NCBI GenBank assembly: GCA_037969565.1
Contig: JBBKXQ010000015.1
Span: forward strand, 40,088 to 104,087
Direction of reading: 5' to 3'
Length of the DNA stretch: 64,000 nt
Source: Acidimicrobiales bacterium
GTDB lineage: Bacteria; Actinomycetota; Acidimicrobiia; Acidimicrobiales; SZUA-35
This document shows, one piece after another, positions 45,707 through 54,540 of this stretch. The notes under the pieces are model-generated. The model was given only the letters and a program-made list of their open reading frames with translations. It was not told where the DNA came from and did no database searches. Position 1 is the stretch's first letter. Every line of letters starts with the position of its first letter. The translations under genes were made by a program, and so were the position numbers.

Positions 45707-46821
45707 TGCCGACGCGCCGTGAACCATTCCGAATGGGTGCCAGCACCGTTCAATCTGGCAGTAGCGCCGAGGCCACTCTGCCCATCGCCCTTCGGGCTGA
45801 TGGTTCGAGCATCGCGTTGCGCACGATGATCGTGCACGGAGCATCAGCCGGGCCGACGGTATGGGTGAACGCCGCCATTCACGGCGATGAGGTCAATGGG
45901 GTCGAAGTCATTCGGCGGGTTCTGGAAGTGCTTGATCCGAAGGTCCTACGAGGGACCCTGTTGGCCGTTCCGATCGTGAATGTCCCGGGTTTCATGTCCG
46001 GCGATCGTTATCTGCCCGACCGCCGAGATTTGAACCGCTCGTTTCCTGGGTCGGCTCGTGGCTCGCTGGCGGGCCGGATCGCCCATCTGTTCATGCACGA
46101 GATCGTGCAGCGCTGCTCGGTGGGTATCGATCTGCACACCGGATCTGATCACCGGACGAATCTGCCGCAAGTGCGGGCCGATCTCGACGACCCGGAAACG
46201 CTTCGGCTGGCGACCGCCTTCGGCGCCCCGTTGATGATGCACGCCGCCATTCGCGATGGTTCGTTACGACAGGCCGCTCGCGAGGCCGGCGCTGCGGTCC
46301 TGTTGTTCGAGGGCGGTGAAGCTTGGCGCTTCGACGAAGCCGCCATCAGGGTCGGAGCGGCGGGAGTCCGCCGCGTGATCGAGGCGCTCGACATGATCGA
46401 CGCGCAAGACCACAGCACCCAAACCGTTCCGACCCCGATGCAGAGCCGGAGTTCACGGTGGGTCAGGGCGAGGCGGAGCGGCATCGTGATGATGTGGGTG
46501 ACCACCGGTGACACGGTGATGAAGGGCCAACCCATCGGACAAATTCACGACTCACTCGGTCGCCGACTCAGCCAGGTCAAAGCGCCAGTGGGCGGTGTGG
46601 TGGTCGGACTCAACCTCGATCCCATCGTCAACCAGGGCGATGCACTCGTTCACATCGCCCACATCTCGCCGACCGAACCGGGCGACAACACCACAGTCAC
46701 CCGCCACGACCTCGGGTCGGCCGACCCCGCCGCGCCTCCGGCAATCAATGCATCTTCCACGACTTCATCTCCTATGTCCTCAACTCCTATGTCCTCATCT
46801 CCCAATATGGAGCAACAATGA
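45706..46821 (+). CDS. Succinylglutamate desuccinylase/aspartoacylase (M14-like Zn carboxypeptidase) family protein
   Basis: VWVNAAIHGDEVNGVEVIRRV carries the HxxE Zn ligands. Also DLNRSFPG and DLHTG. The low-complexity tail is SSPMSSTPMSSSP. Confidence 0.75.
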   Translation: MPTRREPFRMGASTVQSGSSAEATLPIALRADGSSIALRTMIVHGASAGPTVWVNAAIHGDEVNGVEVIRRVLEVLDPKVLRGTLLAVPIVNVPGFMSGDRYLPDRRDLNRSFPGSARGSLAGRIAHLFMHEIVQRCSVGIDLHTGSDHRTNLPQVRADLDDPETLRLATAFGAPLMMHAAIRDGSLRQAAREAGAAVLLFEGGEAWRFDEAAIRVGAAGVRRVIEALDMIDAQDHSTQTVPTPMQSRSSRWVRARRSGIVMMWVTTGDTVMKGQPIGQIHDSLGRRLSQVKAPVGGVVVGLNLDPIVNQGDALVHIAHISPTEPGDNTTVTRHDLGSADPAAPPAINASSTTSSPMSSTPMSSSPNMEQQ

Positions 46822-48041
46822 AACTCGCCATCCTCTCGCGCGCTCCCGACAGCTACAGCACGACACGGCTCAAGGTGGCGGCTCTCGACAGGGGCCACAA
46901 GGCTCGTGTTCTGAACACGCTCCGATTCGCCATCGACCTGTCGGGCAACGAGCCAGACCTGCAATATCGGGGCAAGCCGCTCTCTGACTACGACGCGGTC
47001 CTCCCTCGCATCGGTGCCTCGATCACTTATTTCGGCACCGCACTGGTCCGCCAATTCGAGCAGATGGACGTCTACACACCCAACACCTCCAATGGCATCA
47101 TCAACTCGAGGGACAAACTTCGATCGCTGCAGATTCTGTCTCGCCACGATGTGTCGATTCCAGCTTCGACCTTCGTGCGCGATCGGCACGACGTAGCCGA
47201 CGCGATCAAGCGCGTGGGTGGCGCCCCGGTCATCATCAAACTGCTCGAAGGCACCCAGGGCATCGGGGTCATCCTGGCTCCGGATGCCAAGATCGCCGAA
47301 GCAATCATCGAAACTCTGCAGAGCACCGGGACCAACGTCTTGCTGCAACGTTTCGTTGCGGAGAGCAAGGGGCGCGACATCCGAGCCCTCGTCGTCGGAG
47401 ACCGAGTCGTTGCCGCGATGCGTCGCACGGCCCAGGGAGATGAGTTCCGAAGCAATGTGCACCGAGGTGGGAAGGCCGAGGCTGTCCATATCGATCCTGA
47501 GTTCGAGCGAGTTGCGGTGCGAGCATCCCAGATCATGGGACTTCGGGTTTCGGGCGTCGACATGCTCGAGGGCGACGATGGACCGCTCATCCTGGAAGTC
47601 AATTCGTCGCCGGGGCTCGAAGGCATCGAAACGGCAACCGGACTCGACATCGCCGGCGCCATCATCGATCACATCGACAATCAGGTCGCCTTTCCCGAGC
47701 TCGACGTGCGGCAGCGACTCACGGTCAGTACCGGCTACGGGGTTGCCGAATTGCTCATCAAGAGCGATTCGGAACTGGTCGGACAAACCATCGACAGTTC
47801 CGGCCTCCGCGAGCAGGACATCACCGTTCTCTCGCTTCACCGAGAAGCGACCGTGATCCCGAACCCGCGAGGAAGTCGTTTGCTCGAGGGCAACGATCGT
47901 CTCCTCTGTTTCGGCCAACTCGATCAGATGCGGGGCCTGATTCCTGCCCGCCGAAAGCGTCGGGCCAAGGTTCTCAGCCTCCCCGACGAGCCGCTCACGA
48001 GCGATCATGCCGATCCGGTGGTCGGCAAGGAAGCCGACTGA
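46818..48041 (+). CDS. rimK: RimK-type ATP-grasp alpha-L-glutamate ligase fused to a C-terminal TrkA-C (RCK_C) domain
   Basis: MKLAILSRAPDSYSTTRL...DKLRSLQIL...VIIKLLEGTQGIGV...LLQRFVAESKGRDIRALVVGDRVVAAMRR...FRSNVHRGG...GVDMLE...LEVNSSPGLEGIE. The C-terminus GVAELLIKSDSELVGQTIDSSGLREQDITVLSLHRE..VIPNPRGSRLLEGNDRLLCFG follows the TrkA-C pattern. Confidence 0.85.
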   Translation: MKLAILSRAPDSYSTTRLKVAALDRGHKARVLNTLRFAIDLSGNEPDLQYRGKPLSDYDAVLPRIGASITYFGTALVRQFEQMDVYTPNTSNGIINSRDKLRSLQILSRHDVSIPASTFVRDRHDVADAIKRVGGAPVIIKLLEGTQGIGVILAPDAKIAEAIIETLQSTGTNVLLQRFVAESKGRDIRALVVGDRVVAAMRRTAQGDEFRSNVHRGGKAEAVHIDPEFERVAVRASQIMGLRVSGVDMLEGDDGPLILEVNSSPGLEGIETATGLDIAGAIIDHIDNQVAFPELDVRQRLTVSTGYGVAELLIKSDSELVGQTIDSSGLREQDITVLSLHREATVIPNPRGSRLLEGNDRLLCFGQLDQMRGLIPARRKRRAKVLSLPDEPLTSDHADPVVGKEAD

Positions 48042-48047
48042 GTCGTT

Positions 48048-49181
48048 CTACGAGCTGCGATTCTTCGGGCTCCGTCGTTTCATCGTGGCGGTCGTGCGCT
48101 GGAAGATCGCGTCGGCGAGCTCGACCGGAGGGGCGGTGATTCGCCGAACGGTTCCTTTGTGGAGGGTTCGGCGAAGACCGCCGGGGATTGCCAGCCGAAT
48201 CCAACCGGTGGCGGCAAACAAGCCGAGCGAAATCAGCGTCAGGGCCAGCATCAGTCCGACGACGATGTAGAAACCCCATGGATTCTGGTCACCGGGGATC
48301 TGTTTGAAATTCATGCCGAAAACGCCGGCAATGAGCGAAAGAGGGAGAAGGACGGCGGCGTAGATGGTCAGCAGTTTCGTGACCTCAGTTGCTTCGCGAG
48401 CCTCCGCTCCCTGGTAGGCACCGAGTGTGTCCGACAGGCCAGTGCGAGCCGTCTCCAACTCTTGGACGCAACGACGAGCGGTGTCGAAGACATCGGAGAA
48501 TCGTCGTCGTCCGTTGTCGGTCACGACCGACGACGTCGTTCGCCGTATTTGATCGAACGCCTCCCGTTGGGGGCGGAGAATGTGGCGCAGTTCGCCAACG
48601 TGTTCTCGGGCGATCGTCAGATGTTCGAGAAAGTCTGGGTTGGCATCGAGCGCCATCTCCGTCAGCTGCTCCACACGGTCGTCGAGATCGTCGAGAACAC
48701 GGAGATATCGGCGCGAGATCACGTCGGCAATCCGAGCGAGAATTTCGCTCGGACCACCTGCGGAGAGTTCACGGCTTCGTACCAGTTGACGGGCGAAGGC
48801 GTCGATCGAGTTGGAACGCTGGCTGCGTATCGTCACGAGCACGGCCGGAGTGACGAAACAGTGGATCGCGAACGAGAACGTCTCGTCATCCGAGTCGCCA
48901 TCGGGCTCGACCGACGGGGCGCGACCTTCCGAGAGACCATGGAGAACAAGGAGCACGTGGTCATCGAACTCGTCGAGCTTCGGTAGATCGGCCTCGGCAA
49001 ATGCGTCGCTGACGGCCAGCGGGTCGAGACCGAGTTCTCCGATCACTGCGTCGAGTCCGGCAGGCGATGAATCGCGCGTCAGCTCGATGTCGATCCACGT
49101 CCAGTCGTGCTCAGCGACTCGAAGATCGTCGGCCAAGGAGGCGACACCACCGATCGAGCCGATAAACCTGCGAACGTTCAT
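48048..49181 (-). CDS. corA: CorA-family divalent cation (Mg/Co) transporter
   Basis: C-terminal TM pair with the signature GVFGMNF (GMN motif). Confidence 0.85.
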   Translation of the reverse strand: MNVRRFIGSIGGVASLADDLRVAEHDWTWIDIELTRDSSPAGLDAVIGELGLDPLAVSDAFAEADLPKLDEFDDHVLLVLHGLSEGRAPSVEPDGDSDDETFSFAIHCFVTPAVLVTIRSQRSNSIDAFARQLVRSRELSAGGPSEILARIADVISRRYLRVLDDLDDRVEQLTEMALDANPDFLEHLTIAREHVGELRHILRPQREAFDQIRRTTSSVVTDNGRRRFSDVFDTARRCVQELETARTGLSDTLGAYQGAEAREATEVTKLLTIYAAVLLPLSLIAGVFGMNFKQIPGDQNPWGFYIVVGLMLALTLISLGLFAATGWIRLAIPGGLRRTLHKGTVRRITAPPVELADAIFQRTTATMKRRSPKNRSS

Positions 49182-49254
49182 TCAGGCATCAAAGCAGAAT
49201 CAGACCACGAAGCGTCCGACCATCGGTCGAATCTCGATGTCCGACGGTGCCCGG

Positions 49255-49650
49255 TTATGCCGGTCCGGTCTCACCGGACGTTTCGTGGAGTGGCTTGTAG
49301 GTCCACTTCCCGTAATGCCACACCGTGTCGGCCTGATGGGCGGCCAGCAACTCACCGGCCTCTTCTGCTCGATCGCCGACCTCGAGTAGCCGAAGTACGG
49401 CATCGCCCTCCACGAGACGGTCGTGATAGACGCGCAGGGCGTCCTTTTCCTCTCCCTCTTGAAAGAAGCGCAAGATCTTGCTCAATCCGCTGTCGCCATC
49501 GACATCGACCATCGACGCATCCTTTTGTCCCGACATCGATTCTGTGACGAAGCCGGCCGACTCGGCAGCGGCAACGGCGGCATCCAACCGGTCCCGAGCG
49601 ATGACGCCGACCACCTCGTCTGAACTGAACGGATTGTCGATGCTGGCCAT
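49255..49650 (-). CDS. Hypothetical acidic protein
   Basis: 131 aa with non-repetitive composition. The antisense track ORFs are Arg-rich. Confidence 0.5.
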   Translation of the reverse strand: MASIDNPFSSDEVVGVIARDRLDAAVAAAESAGFVTESMSGQKDASMVDVDGDSGLSKILRFFQEGEEKDALRVYHDRLVEGDAVLRLLEVGDRAEEAGELLAAHQADTVWHYGKWTYKPLHETSGETGPA

Positions 49651-49804
49651 GGTTGATTCTCCTGTGTGGGCGCCCGGCGCTTTCGCGGACGTGATGTCGG
49701 GGAAATGTCGTCATACCCGAAGCACCGGAATCCGAACCACAACCGACGACACCGAGAGGTGCGGGCGAGGTTTGACCCGAACGTGATGGGGAACAACGAT
49801 CGCC

Positions 49805-50302
49805 ATGACTGCAATCCTCACCCCCGCCCTTGATCGCGTCGAAGAACGACTGCCGATCGTCCCCCGACAGATTTTCCGGCTCAACCGCGCCCTCGCCGGG
49901 CGAGCCTTCGACCTCGTTGAATATGTTTCCAAGAACACTCGCAACAGCTTCTGTGCGGTCGCCGACAGAGGACGAGTCGGCATCGCAACCGTCCGAGGTC
50001 AGGCCGACGAGGCTCGCGAAACCACAACCGAGTCGATTCGCTCGACCGCCAACGTTGCTCGCACCAAAGCACGACAGGTGACCGGTCAGGCCACCGCCCA
50101 GGCCAAGGCCACCACCGATCTTGCCGCCGATGAAGCGGCGAGTATTCTGGATGACGTCGTGAATCAGGTGGAGGGTGGCCCAACTGGCTCCTACTCCACC
50201 TGGACCAAGGCCGAACTCTACGAACGGGCACAACAGCTCGACATAGACGGCAGATCATCGATGTCCAAAACGCAACTCATCAGCGCCCTACGGAGCGCGT
50301 AA
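49805..50302 (+). CDS. Hypothetical protein with a C-terminal Rho-N/SAP-like helix-extended-helix module
   Basis: The C-terminus WTKAELYERAQQLDIDGRSSMSKTQLISALRSA matches the Rho_N-type pattern. The middle is Ala/Thr-rich and helical. Confidence 0.55.
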   Translation: MTAILTPALDRVEERLPIVPRQIFRLNRALAGRAFDLVEYVSKNTRNSFCAVADRGRVGIATVRGQADEARETTTESIRSTANVARTKARQVTGQATAQAKATTDLAADEAASILDDVVNQVEGGPTGSYSTWTKAELYERAQQLDIDGRSSMSKTQLISALRSA

Positions 50303-50309
50303 TCTCACG

Positions 50310-51311
50310 ATGAGCGAGGTCGTACAGGGGATCGATACCAAAACCCTCGTGAGCCGAGAGGGCCCGTTCCTCACGGCTTACCTCAACGCGAGCGACGGAT
50401 CCGAGGCCCAAAGCCTCGCCCGACGGCTAACTGTTCTCGCCCAGCAAGCCGATGCATCGGCTGTGGCGTTGTTGGCCAATGCGTTGGAGTTGATTCCTGC
50501 CGAGAACGGGGAGGGTTCGCTTTGCATCGTGACGACTCCGGAGTTCGGCGAGGTGTTCACGATCCCCGAACCGCTCACCTCTGACATCGTGCGAGTCGGG
50601 AACGTTCCGTCGCTGGGATCCCTCGTCGAAAGTGCTCAGATGCTTCCCTCCCACGCCGTTTTGACGATCGACGGTGACGAAATCGGAATGACAACGTTCG
50701 ATTCTCGGCAAGATCAATCAGGAGAAGGCTTCAACTCCGAGCGCTTCGGCTCACTGAACCACGCCATCGAGGCACTCCGGTTCGTCAATCCCGCCAAGCT
50801 CGTTCTGGCCGGAAGCAAACGAGACCGAGGTCGACTGGCGTCTGCCGTGCTTGCTGTGCTGCCGGAGACATGGATCGACGAACATGATCCCGTCGAGGAT
50901 CCAGCCTCGTTCGATGCACTGGCCGACGATGTCGTTCGATCGGCGGCTGCGCTCCGGGCTGAATGGACTGCTCTGGAGCTCGGAAGGTTTCGGGCCGCAG
51001 CAAGTGCAAATGCAACCGTCGAAGACGACCAAGTCGTTCGCGCACTTCGATCTGGAGATGTGACCAGTTGCCTCGTCCACGACGATCCGGACGACGTGAG
51101 GCTTTTCGAAGGCGACCGGATGATTGATGTCGTCGTCGCGCTCTGCCTCCGCGATGAGGTCCCCCTCACCATGATTCCCAACGTCGGGCCCGGTCGCGGT
51201 CCGGCCAACGGCATCGGAGCGATCACGTCCGGCCACAGTCAGATCAATGAGATGGTCGACCTCGAGATTGAACCAGGTTCCTCAGACTTGGAGATGTCGA
51301 ACCAGCTCTGA
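50310..51311 (+). CDS. Hypothetical protein, possibly a bacterial eRF1/Pelota-like (baeRF-type) protein
   Basis: N-terminal GPFLTAYLNAS resembles the actinobacterial eRF1-like family. C-terminal VVRALRSGDVTSCLVHDDPDD resembles the eRF1 domain-3 'AL..GAV.TLLV' motif. No GGQ motif is seen. Confidence 0.35.
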   Translation: MSEVVQGIDTKTLVSREGPFLTAYLNASDGSEAQSLARRLTVLAQQADASAVALLANALELIPAENGEGSLCIVTTPEFGEVFTIPEPLTSDIVRVGNVPSLGSLVESAQMLPSHAVLTIDGDEIGMTTFDSRQDQSGEGFNSERFGSLNHAIEALRFVNPAKLVLAGSKRDRGRLASAVLAVLPETWIDEHDPVEDPASFDALADDVVRSAAALRAEWTALELGRFRAAASANATVEDDQVVRALRSGDVTSCLVHDDPDDVRLFEGDRMIDVVVALCLRDEVPLTMIPNVGPGRGPANGIGAITSGHSQINEMVDLEIEPGSSDLEMSNQL

Positions 51312-51329
51312 GTCTCGGAGTAGGAATTC

Positions 51330-53513
51330 TCAGTCGAGTGGTCGGATCGATCGAGCGGCGAACCTCGCACTCACCCTCGTGTATCCAGCAGACTCGCTGA
51401 CCGTGACGTACTCGCTCAGGGCTCGCACAATCGCCAACCCGCGCCCGCGGACCGAACTCGTGTCCGGCATGACGAGAGGAACCGAGAACATCGGCGACGT
51501 AGCGGCGACCGTGATCACGACGCCATCTCCGTCGAGCCGAAGTTCCATTCGCACTCTTGCTTCCGGAGATGGCGAGGCCTCTCGCCCGTTCGTGAGTAGC
51601 TCCGTGGCCACGAGCATGAGATCGCCACGTTCGATGTCACGACCGGATGTGTCGACCCAATCCCCGATCTGGCGGCGAAACTCGGCGAGCTCGACCTGGC
51701 TGGCTGCAACCTCGATCGTGAGCGTGCGTCCAGGGGTACCCGCGGCTGCAGCGCCGACGACCAAAAATGCGATGTCATCCTCGCCCGCCCAATGGGAAAC
51801 GTCCTGTCGCACCCGTTCGGCAAAGCCCGGTGCAGCACCGGGCCCGCGCAAGAACTTTCCTTCGGTATCGAGAAGATCTCGCAACCACCGCTCGCCCATC
51901 AGAATACTTCGGCTACGACGATCGATCAGGCCATCGGTGTAGGCCAACACGACGGCGGAGGGGTCGAGCTCGATCGTTTCCTGGACGTAGGAGAACGGGC
52001 TCCTTCCCAGAAGCTGGTTTCCGACCGGGCCGATGAATTCGGAGCAATCGAGGCCGAGCATCAACGGCTGAGGGTGCCCCGCATTGGCGACCGTGACCGA
52101 TGCGCCCGAGGCGTCGAAGAGCAGGACGGCACATGTGATGTGCTTGCCACCGTCGGCGGCCAACATGTACTGGTTGGCGATGTCCAAGACGTGCGCCGGT
52201 TCATGACCTTCCAGAATCAACACCCCAACCGCATGCCGAAGCCGGGCCGCCACTCGAGTCGCGGCGAGATCGTGGCCGACCGCGTCGGCGACCAGAACTC
52301 CGATGGCTCCATCAGCGCGCCTCACCGCGTCGTAGACATCTCCGCCCACTCGTTGGCCGGCGACCGGCGGCAAATACTCTCCCGCGAGTTCGAACACCTC
52401 GCTCGAAGGCAGAGATGTCGGCAGAACCATCCGTTCCAACAGCCGGGCGTGATGACGTTCGTTTTCGAAGCGGCCGCTGCGGTAGAGGGATTGGACCGCG
52501 AGCTCAACGAGTCTCGACACCGTGTCCGGAACATCGTCTTCGTTCATCGACGTGGCCCAGCCAATGCCTAGGACGCCATGGAAATCGACTGAGTCGTCAC
52601 TGAAGGGCACCGCCCGAAAGGACTCGATACCGAGTGCGTCGGCTTCTTTGACGAATTTCGGAAATGTGGCGAAAGACTCGCGGTCGGGGAGATGAATCGT
52701 CTCCATGGTGCGGACAGCCGCCGCCATCGGAACATCGATGTCCAACGCCGTCCTGAGCCATCGGTCGGCGATCGGAAGAGATACGCCGGGCCCATGGGTG
52801 TAGACGAGCTCGTCTCCTTCCCGAACCGCAAACGACATGACCGCTGAACCCACGGCGGTCGATCCTCGTCCGACGACCTCGTTGATGACCGCCTGCACCG
52901 TCTCGGCCCGATTCGCAGCACCGAGCAGCTCAACGATCCGACTCTCGAAATCTCGGGACATTCGCTCGTTTGCAAGCTGCGCGTTCACCTCGAACGCACG
53001 AATCCGATCCGCAATCAGCACTTCGACGATGTCGGCAAAGGAGCGAAGTCGATCGATTTCGCTCCGGTCCCAGTCATGAGGCTCCGAGCCGAGCGCACAG
53101 AACGAACCCAGTACTCGACCGTCAGGATCGCGAACGGGCACGCCGGCATAACAAACCACCCCCATCTCGGTCGTGCCCAAATTGGATCGCACTCGTTCGT
53201 CGTTCGACGAGTTCGCAACGACGAAGTCGTCACCGGTGATGACGACGTTTTGACAATACGAATGGCTCAGTGGTGTAGAACCGGTAGCGGACCAAGGCTG
53301 GGACAGACCCACATTCGACGGAAAGAACTGGCGCTCATCATCGACCAGAGACAGCATCACGGTCTCGACATCGAGCATCTGTGCGGCGAGTTGTGTGAGT
53401 TGATCGAGAGCTGCGTCGCCGCCGTTGGGTGACAAGCCGCTGCGTCGGATCGAGCGGAGTCTCCCCCGGTCCCGCAGGGCCGCATGCACGGCAGACGCTC
53501 GCTCAGTACTCAT
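51330..53513 (-). CDS. Multidomain regulator: GAF, GAF, PP2C/SpoIIE phosphatase and a C-terminal HATPase_c (RsbW-like kinase) domain
   Basis: Internal ATG (residue 67) of the track ORF. Two GAF-like blocks (LSLVDDERQFF.., MSFAVREGDELV..). PP2C block GGDVYDAV...LVADAVGHDL...AYTDGLIDRR. C-terminal block LVATELLTNGREAS...RGRGLAIVRALSEYV. Confidence 0.75.
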   Translation of the reverse strand: MSTERASAVHAALRDRGRLRSIRRSGLSPNGGDAALDQLTQLAAQMLDVETVMLSLVDDERQFFPSNVGLSQPWSATGSTPLSHSYCQNVVITGDDFVVANSSNDERVRSNLGTTEMGVVCYAGVPVRDPDGRVLGSFCALGSEPHDWDRSEIDRLRSFADIVEVLIADRIRAFEVNAQLANERMSRDFESRIVELLGAANRAETVQAVINEVVGRGSTAVGSAVMSFAVREGDELVYTHGPGVSLPIADRWLRTALDIDVPMAAAVRTMETIHLPDRESFATFPKFVKEADALGIESFRAVPFSDDSVDFHGVLGIGWATSMNEDDVPDTVSRLVELAVQSLYRSGRFENERHHARLLERMVLPTSLPSSEVFELAGEYLPPVAGQRVGGDVYDAVRRADGAIGVLVADAVGHDLAATRVAARLRHAVGVLILEGHEPAHVLDIANQYMLAADGGKHITCAVLLFDASGASVTVANAGHPQPLMLGLDCSEFIGPVGNQLLGRSPFSYVQETIELDPSAVVLAYTDGLIDRRSRSILMGERWLRDLLDTEGKFLRGPGAAPGFAERVRQDVSHWAGEDDIAFLVVGAAAAGTPGRTLTIEVAASQVELAEFRRQIGDWVDTSGRDIERGDLMLVATELLTNGREASPSPEARVRMELRLDGDGVVITVAATSPMFSVPLVMPDTSSVRGRGLAIVRALSEYVTVSESAGYTRVSARFAARSIRPLD

Positions 53514-53731
53514 CAGGGCCCACGGTAGTCCTACGTTCGACCGGTAAGGCTGACATCGTGACCAGCGCAACTCTGGGTCGAGAACGAGCATTTGCCCGTC
53601 GGGGGCGCCGGCCCGTTGCCTCGACGGCGAGGCGACCGCTACAACTTTTGTGTTCGCCTGTCTTGGCCGCATCCAGGCAGTTTGCAATAGGCTCCCTCTT
53701 CGCTCTTGCAATCACGCCCGAGGTCCAAGCC

Positions 53732-54037
53732 GTGCACATCACCATTTCACCGTTGAACGACGGGGCGATCGACGTTTCGCTCCAGGGCGAGATCGACGCC
53801 GACAATTGCGCCCAGATCGGCGAACACTTGCTGACGCCCGGCGTGGAGTCAGACTCCACCGTCGCCCTCGACCTCTCGGAACTGAGCTTCATCGATTCTT
53901 CCGGGATCAGCGAATTGCTCCGGGTCCGAGATGCGTTCGACTCCGCCGGAGGGTCGTTGGTGATTGTGAACCCCAGCCCGGCCGTTCGTCGAGTACTGGA
54001 GATCACCGGCGTCCTCTCCACCTTCGGGTTGAGCTGA
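53732..54037 (+). CDS. STAS-domain anti-sigma-factor antagonist (RsbV/SpoIIAA-like)
   Basis: GTG start. DLSELSFIDSSGISELLRV contains the phosphorylatable Ser context. C-terminal RVLEITGV. Confidence 0.8.
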   Translation: MHITISPLNDGAIDVSLQGEIDADNCAQIGEHLLTPGVESDSTVALDLSELSFIDSSGISELLRVRDAFDSAGGSLVIVNPSPAVRRVLEITGVLSTFGLS

Positions 54038-54132
54038 TAATTCTCGGCGTGCTGCTCGCTCAGCCCCACGAGATGGAGTTCTTCGTGGGAACACTGGTTT
54101 GAAGCCGCCGGGCATCGGGCAATCCGAGGGGC

Positions 54133-54510
54133 ATGAATCGCCTGGCCATCGAGCTTCCTCCCTCGACGAAGCTCCTCGCGCCGACGCGGTCGATGATCAA
54201 CGCCTGGCTTTGCAGCGGTTCGGCGGCTGACGACCGCTGGGGCCTCATCGCCACCGAGCTGATCGCCAATGCCATTTCGTTCACATCCGAGGATGGAATG
54301 ATCCTCGTCGTGATGGAGCAGAAGTCCGACAACATCGAGCTTCAGGTGAGCGATTTCGGCCCTGGCTTCGACCCGACAGAAGTGAGGATGGCGGCTGCTG
54401 ATTCCGTTCGAGGGCGAGGACTCGGACTCGTGAAGGCGCTGACGACTCAATTCGAGGCCGTACGCGAAGGAAACAAAACCACCATCATCGTTTCTCATCC
54501 TCTCCCCTGA
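54133..54510 (+). CDS. Anti-sigma regulatory factor / Ser kinase (RsbW/SpoIIAB-like HATPase_c)
   Basis: N-box TELIANAISF, G1 box VSDFGPGFD, and RGRGLGLV. Confidence 0.75.
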   Translation: MNRLAIELPPSTKLLAPTRSMINAWLCSGSAADDRWGLIATELIANAISFTSEDGMILVVMEQKSDNIELQVSDFGPGFDPTEVRMAAADSVRGRGLGLVKALTTQFEAVREGNKTTIIVSHPLP

Positions 54511-54540
54511 CTTCTGGCGGCGGCCCAGTCGAGCCCTCAC

